Assembly: GCF_006345805.1 (NCBI RefSeq)
Contig: NC_042999.1
Span: forward strand, 96,844,001 to 96,908,000
Length of the DNA: 64,000 bases
From: Octopus sinensis
Taxonomy: Eukaryota
Direction: 5' to 3'
The notes under the pieces were generated by a model that did no database searches, was not told the DNA's origin, and was given only the letters and a program-made list of their open reading frames with translations. Below are positions 54,170-64,000 of the stretch, one piece after another. The position numbers and the translations under genes are program-made. Positions within the stretch are counted from its first letter, which is position 1. Each line of letters begins with the position of its first letter.

Positions 54170-55600
54170 TTATTTATCAAGAAACTTATTATATAGGTAA
54201 AGTAACCTATGTCTGCATTTTATTTTGCGCTCTTCACCTGTATTAAGTAAATTATCATACTTATAAAATAAAATTTCTTTAAACTCATTAGAGCATAAAT
54301 AACAACAATTCGCTCCTATAATATATGATTTAGTTTTACAAATTATTTCCCAAATTAAACTATAATTAATATTTTGTGATTTAAGTCTCCAAATGTACTA
54401 ACTAAGTCCAGTTGAGCTGATTAACTTTTTATTTTTAAAAGAATTCATATGTTGTGCGATTCTTAATTTTATTTTTGAGGAAGTAGACCCTATATAAACC
54501 GTTTTTGGGTAATTATTATTCTTAAAGTTATTATCATCATGTAATGTAACTATACATTTATACACTACATCGTTAATATCACAATTATTATTTAATATAC
54601 ATTTAGATTTATCTCTACAAGTACAATTAATATAAGTCTTATCATTATTATTATTATTATCAAATAATTTATTATTATAAAAATTATTCAGTTTAAATTT
54701 ATTAAATGAAGAAATAATGTTACCTACATTATTAGTGGTGGAATAACCTACTCCAAAATTATTACTCGAGAAAATGTTTCTATATTTACGATTATCTCTA
54801 ATAAATAGTTCTATAACATCTAAAATATCTTTGATAATATTCGTTTTTACTTGATCACCATAAGGAACTATTAACCAAATTTTATTCTTATTAACCTTAT
54901 TATTATTGTCATTATTATAAATATATTTATAATTCTTTATCTTATTAAAAGTATTATCAGAATTATATCTATGTACAGCATTTAAGGAATTATTAATATT
55001 ATTAATTTTATCAATATTATTATTATAATTATTATTAAATTTATTTTTATTTTTATTATTCTTATTTTTATTATTCTTATTTTTATTATTATTATTATTA
55101 TTTTTATTCTTATTTTTATTTTTATCATTTTTATTTTCATTTTTATAATATCTATTATTTTTACCACTAATACTAACAAAATTATAATTATTATTATAAG
55201 TATCTCGAAAATTATCATTTAAATCTTTATCACTAATATTATAAAATGTAATATTCCTATTATAACCTGCCCCTCTAAGGGCCTCATTATAATAATTAGC
55301 ATGTTTATTAAAAATCTCCATATCATAAGAGAGTAATGAAATACGTTTACTTATATTATTAATCAACGATTTTTTAATAGAAATTGGGTGATTACTATTA
55401 ACATTTATATATCTAAGGTTCTCATTAAGTTTATGATATGGTTGTGTTTTACCTGTAATTAGATTAAAATTAACATCTAAATAATTAACATTATAATTCT
55501 CCTTATATATAGTAATACTTAAACCATATCTTTTAAAGAAACTATATAGTTTTTTCTTATATCCTTCAAGATTCCTATTAGTACAATTCTTTGTAACTAG
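54170..55600 (-). pseudogene. PLE polyprotein C-terminal part: RT domain 7/thumb, Asn-rich linker, Cys-rich motif, GIY-YIG endonuclease; one in-frame TAG at 54398-54400
   Basis: Frame extends upstream of the called ORF (GLSITI..NYLDVNFNL..PYHK..YINVNSNHPISIKK), contains CTCRDKSKCILNNNC, VVYKC and VYIGST..KLRIAQH, and continues past the TAG as YIWRLK..W..CCYLCSNE..LLN..KCRHR to TAA at 54170. Confidence 0.9.
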
Positions 55601-56122
55601 TGTTTATGTATGTGTGAATGTGTGTGTGTGTGTGATTGTTTGCGTAATTTATTTATCTGTATAGATGTGGGTGTGAATATATTGGTGTATATATCGAGTT
55701 CTGTATGTATGTATATGTATGTGTGAGCGGGTATATGTATATTGTTTATGAATGTGGGTTGTATGTGTGTGTGAGGAGTATGAATAAGTAATGTGTTGAA
55801 GTATTTGGCTATTTTATTTATTTATCGTTGCCTAGACGTTTTTATGTGTATGTATAGGGATATATATACATAGGTGTGTGAGTTAGTGTATGTATTTAGA
55901 TATGGTTATATATACTTAGTTATATGTGTTTGCGTATGTGTGTATATATAGTTTATTTTTATTTTGTTTTATATTTAATTGTTGATAGGGTTTATTTTAG
56001 ATTATATATTGATTATATATGGATTATATATAGGTTATATATAGATTATATATTTATATTTTTTCATTGATACTTTTATTATTTTAAAATTATTTTTTAA
56101 ACTTATATTTTAGATCGGAAAT

Positions 56123-56166
56123 CCACCTGAAGATTGTCATTTGAAGACATGAAACAATTGTAGTGG
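56123..56166 (+). ncRNA. Minimal hammerhead ribozyme in the inverted pLTR copy
   Basis: ccac CTGAAGA ttgtcatttgaagacat GAAA caattg TA gtgg; identical to the 51323-51366 copy. Confidence 0.8.
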
Positions 56167-56340
56167 CGGTTTTTTTACTTTTATTACAATTTTATGTATT
56201 GATTAAGTCTTTCCTTGTTTGTTTTGCAAAATAGTGGTTTTGTCTCTAATTAATATTATATAATATTTTACTATAAAATTGGATTTAATCCTAAATCTGA
56301 TTTTTTTCCTGTAAATTTGGATTTATTCCCTAATATTTAT

Positions 56341-56379
<39 letters not shown>

Positions 56380-56670
56380 ATATATATATATATATATTAT
56401 ATATATAAATATATATATTATATATATAAATATATATATTATATATATATATTCTCTTATATGCACTTAGACACATGTATGTGGGTATGCGTACGCGCAT
56501 GTGTATGTATGGACATGCACTCATACGCGTTCGCCGTGAGCATATTTACACCTTTACTTTTTATTCTCATTGCTTATCGTTTACACTTTCTTACACATTT
56601 TCTGTATTTTGCCTTTAGCCCTGTTTTTTCATGTGCATATGCGTATATTGACGTGCGTATGAACCGTTTT

Positions 56671-56710
<40 letters not shown>

Positions 56711-57014
56711 CGTGTTTGCTGGTATGTATATATTTTTATTTTTTGGCAAATGTGTGTGCATGTGTATGTTTCAGGTGAAGGTGGATGAGTATATATATAT
56801 AGGCGCATGTACGTAGGTGTGCGGGCGCGCAAGTGTACGTATGAACATGCGCGCTTACGCGATTACTATGAACATTTTTACTCCCTTACCTTTACTCCCT
56901 CCCCTTACTTAGCGGTCATTTTAATAGCACTTTTGTCTTAATAACGGTCAATCACACAGTAATTTCCCTTTGTTTAACGGTCATTTTCATAGCATTTTTT
57001 TTCTTGGATGGCCC

Positions 57015-57075
57015 GATAACTGAAGAGATGCCGGCGTGGGTTTCCGCCCCGACATCCGAAACTCGGAGTGTTATC
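57015..57075 (+). ncRNA. Hammerhead-like motif with a GC-rich stem II and non-canonical GUG at the cleavage site
   Basis: GAUAA-CUGAAGA-gaugccggcguggguuuccgccccgacauc-c-GAAA-CUCgGAG-UG-UUAUC. Confidence 0.65.
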
Positions 57076-57611
57076 ATGGCTAGCAAAAAATTGTCACATA
57101 TTATATTTACAGATATATATATATATATATGAGTAGCAAAATACCTTGAGACTGGAATTAGTAAAATAGTAAAACAAAATATTTCTAGTTACAAACGAAG
57201 TCTTGAATGTCTTCTCCACTAGGTATTATTCAATCAATTTCTTAGAATATTCTGAAAGATTACCATATTACGTTACTCTACGAATGTGTACAACCAAAAC
57301 CTATTGTTTATCTCCAACTTCACATCCGGTTAATACTGTCTTTGTAATGTTACATGATATTATAAAATCAAGTAAGACTGTTTATTTGCTTTTGCATATC
57401 CGGTTCACACAGGAGTGTTTATTTCTTTGTGCTATTATGCATCATAAAGATATTTCAATCAGGATACAAGATTAGTTGTGATATTTGTGCCTTTCCCAAA
57501 AGACATTAGTGATATAAATGAATGGATGTAGCTGCTGGTAGCATTTGAAATATGCTGAACTATATTTGTTGTTTTTTTTTGTTTGTTTGTTTTTTGTTAT
57601 TCTTCGTGTGT

Positions 57612-57848
57612 GGAAGCGCGTGGCTTAGTGGTTAGGGTGTCAGCATCATGATCGTAAGATTGTGGTTTTGATTCTTGGACCGGGCGATGCGTTGCGTTCT
57701 TGAGCAAAACACTTCATTTCACATTGCTCCACTCAGCTGGCAAAAATGAGTAACGCTGCGATGGACTGGCGTCCCGTCCACTTGGGGAACACATACGCCA
57801 TAGAAACCGTAAAACTGGGCCCATGAGCCTGGCTAGGCTTTAAAAGGG
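57612..57848 (+). mobile_element. Family D SINE
   Basis: gcgcgtggcttagtggttagggtg head, CORE-like body, tail aacgctgcgatggactggcgtcccgtcca...aaaaggg. Confidence 0.8.
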
Positions 57849-57854
57849 AGCAGT

Positions 57855-58160
57855 GGAGGCGCAATGGCCCACTGGTTAGGGCAGCGGACTCGCGGTCGGA
57901 GGATCGCGGTTTCGATTCCCAGACCGGGCGTTGTGTGTGTTTATTGAGCGAAAACACCTAAAGGCTCCACGACGCTCCGGCAGGGGATGGTGGCGACCCC
58001 TGTTTTACTCTTTCGCCACAACTTTCTCTCATTCTCTCTTCCTGTTTCTTAAGTAACGCTGCGATGGACTGGCGTCCCGTCCAGCTAGACGGAACACATA
58101 CGCCACAGAAACCAGGAAACCGGGCCCATGAGCCTGACTAGGCTTGAAAAGGGCGACGTT
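57855..58160 (+). mobile_element. tRNA-derived SINE with a different head and body but the family D tail
   Basis: ggaggcgcaatggcccactggttagggc...ggtttcgattcccag; tail 58053-58153 nearly duplicates 57750-57848. Confidence 0.75.
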
Positions 58161-59233
58161 TATCGTTTATTCTTGTTTTAGTTGTTCTTAATTTTATTGC
58201 TGTTGTTAGTTTTGTTGTTGTTGTCGCTGTTGAGCTCATTTCCGGGGCATTCGAGCTGTAACTACGGAGTTCATTATTTAAGGTGTCTTTAGTTACCTTT
58301 TTTTTTTAAATCTGCAATATGGGATTTAAGGAAAACCTGGCTGGTGTTTCTACATCATCCACAGATGTTTTAACGTTTCATAAGATGACACAGAGGCTAT
58401 ATGACATTTTAAAACTTTCTTAGGCAACATCCTAAGGGTAGCTTGTTTAGGTATATGCATACAGTTTTCGTGTTCAGTTTGAACTTCTACATTGTGACAT
58501 TAAGGTTAGACTTGGGCGAAAAGTGTGTTCCGACGGAAGTGTTTAATAAGAGCTCTGCGCGGAGAAATGTTATGTAATTCCACCGTATTCTATTATTTAA
58601 AAAAAATCAATGTGTATAGATGTGAGAAAAATACTGTATAGATGACAGTTACAGTGAGTAGAAATAATAGAGATGTTCGTAAGAGATGCAAAAGAAACCT
58701 CTCGAATAAAAACATAGTAAAACAAAGAATATCAGTCTTGAAATGTTATAAAAACATTGCTTTTCGGCGCTAACATCTAATTTTACTCCAAGCAGATGTT
58801 GAACAGTGAATGCTGTACCACACTCACATACACATTCACACACACACACACACCTTACGAAGAATATTATCCTGGTATATGTGATGGTGTGCTTTTCTAG
58901 TTCACTGCTTATCACTGACGCACACCATTTGTCGATAATCTCCGTTGTTTGGCTGAATTTTAAACTGCTGTCGAATTCTTTATTCTTTTTGATGGTCTTA
59001 TTGCTTTTGTTGTTGTTATTGTTGTTGTTCTTTTGGGGGGGTGACGAGGACGACGACGACGATGATGATGATGGTGATGATGATATAATTTACTCTTCCC
59101 TACAAATATTACTCATGTTACTAAACCGACATCAAAATGATGCTTATCTTCGACATGAATTTCATGCATAAACGTATGTGTGAGTGGGTATGTGCATATT
59201 TACCAATGTATGCGTGTGTGCGCACGTATGTAT

Positions 59234-59393
<160 letters not shown>

Positions 59394-59394
59394 C

Positions 59395-60822
59395 TTTCTT
59401 TACTGGCCACACAGGGCTGAACACAGAGGGGACAAATATAAATGTAGAGCTATTCTTTTTGAAAATGAAAAAAAGAAAAAGGGGAAAAATGAGAAAAAAA
59501 TTGTAAAATTTCGATCAAAAGGGATCGGGAAAAAAAAGACGATCAAAAGGATCGTGTATCACAGAAGAATTCTTAAAATGTAAAAAGCAAGATTAGGTTT
59601 ATCCGTGGAAACAAAAGCCTACGGAAAAGACCGCGGTAACCTCAGGCAGGGAGGGGATAAACACATGAGAGCAAAGTGCTCTCTCTCTCTCTTTTTTTGA
59701 TTTACATGATCATGCTCAAAGTGGTTTGGTCACTCGCACGCACCATCTTTGCTACATTCATACCCCCTTTTTTTTTAACTTTCACGAGACAAAACCTGCC
59801 TCTCCATTCATACCTTCCTTTTCAAGTGGTACTTGAGAAAGTTGATGAGCGATTGGCCAGAGAGATAAGTGTTTGTCTCTAATCCTTTCGCTCGAGTTCA
59901 CCACACACATTATTTCACCATGGCCACCAGTACGATGAAGACTGCCTTGCCTTCCGTTATTTCACCATGGCCACCAGTACGATGAAGAGTGCCTTGCCTT
60001 CCCGGTTGAGGGAAGGTGGCAATTTTCACAATAGACTCGGTCGACAGGCGGACTCGTCCCACACGTGACAACAGTCGTTCGGCATAAGCCCACAGATCCG
60101 AAATGGTTGGACACTGCACGATTGCGTGCAGAACGGTTTCGTCGCTCTGACCTCATCTCGGGCAAGTCGGTCCGGTGTGTCTCGAACCGTGCCTGTAGAG
60201 CTTTTCCCGAACAGGTAATGCTTCTCAATAGCACTGCCAGACCAGGGATTTTTGGTGATTGTCCATAGGTCCCGGCCCAAAAGTTGTCCTGAACAGGCGG
60301 GTCAGGTGTTCCTCGTTAACGGTCACATTCTGCCCGAGAACGTCGTCGCACCTCTCCTCCACTAATCCACAATAGAATGCCTTTGTTGTAATGAAGTTGC
60401 ACAAGTTTGGTCCCGGATAGCAGATTACTTGAGAGCAACGCAACACTCGCGGCGCCATTCGCTTAGCCTCGGTCTCTGTTTAATCACGACTGCAGTTCGG
60501 CCAAGGAGACGAGATGCGAGAAACCGCGCCGCACAAAAGGCGACTACACCTGTTCACCGTCGTCTATGAAGCACCGGAGGTGTTGCAGTCTCAGCGCATG
60601 TCTGCGCACCATCAACTACGGCATGCCCAGCCCTCCATTTAGCGGGTGTTGACAGCAAATGGATCGCCTAACCATCGGAACTCTTCCTTCCACAAGAAGC
60701 GGAAGAGTATGCGTTCCAGTTTGGTGATGGTAGAGTCAGTACAAGGCACTACGAACAAATGGTACTCGATGACTGATGTGATGTACGCGTTCGCCACCTC
60801 CGCCTGACCTTTTAGCGTCGCT
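59395..60822 (-). pseudogene. Tx1/L1-clade LINE 3' fragment with 3' UTR, ending at an (ATCT)n array
   Basis: Reverse translations PMVRRSICCQHPLNGGLGMP and CPR..QSDETVLHAIVQCP (CCHC); 46 bp tandem duplication near 59911-60002. Confidence 0.7.
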
Positions 60823-61624
60823 GAATGACAGCTGTATTAACGTTATCATCCCACTGCCACTTCATATTTGTCACTTACACATCTCTGTTCTCTCCTTCCT
60901 TGATATCAGTCACTCTCCCTATGCCACCACATCTCCCTCAAACTAACACTGTTGTACCCTTCTCATTTTATCCCAAAATTACCCAACAGTCCATTACAGT
61001 TTTATAGCTTATAAGATAAGATGCAGTAGTTGGTGAGAGCCAAATAAGTACAGTATAGATAACGCAGAGTAGTGCTCACATGAATGTGAAATTATTGTCC
61101 AACTTCTTCATCTAATGCAAGGCTCACAGCATCGTGATTGGCTAGAAGAGAAATCTAAATGGATCTGTTATGGACTTATTAAGGTATATGAACACAGTTA
61201 GACTTGATACATATATTTATATGGAGCATAAAACATCAATTACCAGATGAAGAAAATATATATAGGAACATTATGTGATGTAATATCGACACCTGTTTCA
61301 AGAAACCAATACTTACATAATAACTACAAATCACATGATATGCGCATAATATCGTAGCTATGCAACCAGCGACCAGTCCATATGGAATTATTACAACAAA
61401 TCTGGCTTCTCTTTTCAAGAGAAGATTGGTAACTGCGAATCGTTTAGTAGGGCTTACAAATATAAAGGTTTTAAGGTAGAGAGAGAACGGATGAATACAT
61501 ACAAACACACACGCACACACACACACATATATATATATACAAATATATATATATACATATATACATACATATACATATATATTTTTATATATATTTATAC
61601 ATTATATATTTTAAATTATACATA

Positions 61625-62841
61625 CCGGGGTTGAACAAAATAATAGAAACACATTAAAATTTCAAACAAATTTAATTTAGTATGGGGTAGGACCGCCTTT
61701 GGCAATAATTACAGCTTGAATTCTTCGAGGTATCGACTCGTACAAAGTTTGAATTGTTTCCAATGGATTTTTTGTCCATTCTACAGTTAAAACAGTCTCC
61801 AGTCGATATAGTGATGATGGTGGAGGATACCGACTCCTTATTTGTTTTTCTAAAATGCACCATAAATGTTCAATAATATTGATATCTGGGGACTGTGGTG
61901 GTCAGATAAGATATTCAACTTCACTAGAATGTTCCTCGTGCCATTCAGTAACAATTTTAGCAGTGTGAATTGGTGCGTTATCATCCTGAAAGATTGCGTT
62001 TCTCTCTGGAAACAGTTCCACAACCATGAGATGAATTTGGTTAAATAAAATGCTTAAATAGGCTTGACTATTAATTCTGCCGCGAAAGGAAACCATTGGG
62101 CCGGCGGATTTCCAAGATATAGCCACCCCCCCCCCATCATCACAGATCCTCCTCCATGTTTAACAGTTGCAAGAAGGTAGTCTGGTCAAATGCTTTCTGT
62201 CGGCGGACAGAAATAAGATAAAAGATGACTCGTCCCAGATAATAACATTCTTCCACTGCTCTATGGACCAATTCTATAGGTTTTTACGCCACTCTAAACG
62301 CTTTGCAACGTTTGTTTTGAAAGTAGTGGTTTTCTGATTGCAGCCCTCCCGTGAAATTCGGCTTTGTGCAGCTCCCTGCGAGCAGTTTTTGTGGAAACTG
62401 GGTTCTCGAGGTGGTTATTAAGCTCTGCAGTAATTCTAGGAGCTGTACTTTTGTGATCTTTTCTAACAATTTGTATAAAAAGTCCGACGGTCCCTATCTG
62501 AAAGTTTTGGGTTTCTCCGGAGTTTTGTTTCGACTAAGAGGTTTTTCTCTCTTTCCCAAAAGCCGTCATTACTTTTGTGACAGTACTTCTTGATACATTT
62601 TGGCTGTTTTCGTGATGCTAGCGCCTGCCATACGAACACCAATAATTTGACCTCTTTGAATTTTAATTATCTTTTTCTGATGATATCTGAAAAAAAACAG
62701 CAATTTTAGCAAAATATATTAAGCAACACTAATAGTAAATAAAAAAAACATAAAAATAAACAATCTTTTGACGGTTTTATAGATATTTCAAAATTATGAT
62801 GCTATGATGCTAGGTGTTTCCATCATTTTGTCCAAAACCTG
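61625..62841 (-). mobile_element. Tc1-like DNA transposon, full length but decayed
   Basis: TA-flanked TIRs ccggggttgaacaaaataatagaaacac / gtgtttccatcattttgtccaaaacctg; motifs DES, FQDDNAPIH and SPDINIIE. Confidence 0.88.
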
Positions 62842-62869
62842 TATGTGCGTGTTTGTATGTACAAGATGT

Positions 62870-63740
62870 GTGTGCCCTCCCCTTCTTTATGCCTGAGAGA
62901 CGTGGGTCACATATCGATACCACCTTAAACAACTGGAACGTTTCCATCAGATGTGTTTCAGACGGATCTATGGCATTAAGTGGGAGGACCGCATCAGTGA
63001 TCTTGAGATATTGGAAAGCTCTCGGTGTGAAAGTATAGAAGCTCTTGTGTTGAAGCAACGGCTCAGACGGAGTGGTCATCTGGTCAGGATGAAAGATTCA
63101 AGGATGCCAAAACAACTCTTTTATGAAGAGTTAGCTAAAGGAGAACGACCTCCATATAAACCAAAAAGAAGTATAAAGACTTGCTGAAAACTTCCTTAAG
63201 AGATGCTAGCATCTCTCCTGACACATGGGAGGGCATAGCTATTGACCGTAGCAGGTGGAGAAGTATTGTAACGAGGAGACAGCTACTTTTGAAAAATCTC
63301 GAGTTGCGCATGAAAAAGTAAGGAGGGATGTCAGGAAGGGCATCGCTGTTGCACTTCCAGGTATTAAGGGTCTTCTTATGATGCTGACATGCAGTGTCTG
63401 TGCAAGACCCTGCCTCAGTAAAGCTGAACTCAAGAATCATCTTCGTAGTCATAAAGCGAGACCGATGATTGACAACCAGGCCGCTAGTGGTGATGCTACA
63501 CACCATACTAAACATATCTGTCTGGCATGTGGAAGGGAGTGTAATTCGGCGGGAGGACTTAAACGACAGGCAAAGGTACATGAAGCCCAGTTACAACCAC
63601 GGCCGGCTATTGCCGGTAAAGGTTTTAGCTGCCAGTTCTGTATAAGATATTGTAGATCTTTAGCCGGGCTAAAAAGTCACGTTCGATCACAGCACTGTTA
63701 ACAGTGGCCATATTCGATAACGAGGGGGCAGCCATCATGT
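62870..63740 (+). pseudogene. RTE-clade LINE 3' fragment with three C2H2 zinc fingers and a (TATG)n tail
   Basis: QLERFHQMCFRRIYGIKWEDRI, GHLVRMKDSRMPKQLFY; CSVC..HLRSH, CLAC..Q..VH, CQFC..HVRSQH. Confidence 0.88.
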
Positions 63741-64000
63741 ATGTATGCATGTATTATGTATGTATGCATATATATGTGTGTATATATATATGCATATTCA
63801 CACATAGATAGATACGTCTGTGAATGTGTATGCACGTCATACATAAATATTCATTTCTTAGCCAATTTATTTTACGCCTATGATTTTATCCTTAGTACAT
63901 TATGTTCCTAGTTTAGTTCTATAGATTATCAGTTATTATTATTTTACGACTAATATAAATATAGTGTATATAACAGATTATGTTTTAGATTTAGGCTCAT

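Larger units (their letters stand above)
51231..56340 (-). mobile_element. Penelope-like retroelement (Naiad-type), 5'-truncated, with an inverted pLTR copy, inserted in (TA)n
   Basis: 51231-51896 is a nearly identical reverse complement of 55600-56257; RT-thumb/GIY-YIG ORF between the arms; a hammerhead in each arm; TA arrays on both flanks. Confidence 0.9.

Overview
AT-rich, microsatellite-saturated eukaryotic (animal) DNA with no recognisable host protein-coding exon, rRNA, true tRNA gene or CRISPR array. The repeat repertoire is consistent with a coleoid cephalopod such as Octopus (inference): tRNA-headed CORE- and Nin-like SINEs, RTE LINEs with C2H2 fingers, TAA-associated R4/Dong LINEs, CR1-group and Tx1 LINEs, Tc1/mariner, Chapaev3 and Penelope-like elements. 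Almost all ORFs in the supplied track are microsatellite artefacts or transposon pseudogenes. The most notable structure is a young, 5'-truncated Naiad-type Penelope-like retroelement (about 51231-56340). It has an RT-thumb/GIY-YIG ORF, a roughly 3 kb internally repeated 3' region and two nearly identical ~660 bp inverted arms, each carrying a minimal hammerhead ribozyme. Three further, sequence-unrelated hammerhead motifs with unusual cores or stems lie within about 12 kb (45030, 47822, 57015). Other points of interest are two candidate SINE-LINE 3'-tail partnerships, a Merlin-like MITE carrying TTAGGG repeats, two long palindromes, and apparent partitioning of microsatellite types among retroelement clades. 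All family assignments come from motif recognition by eye; no database search was run.
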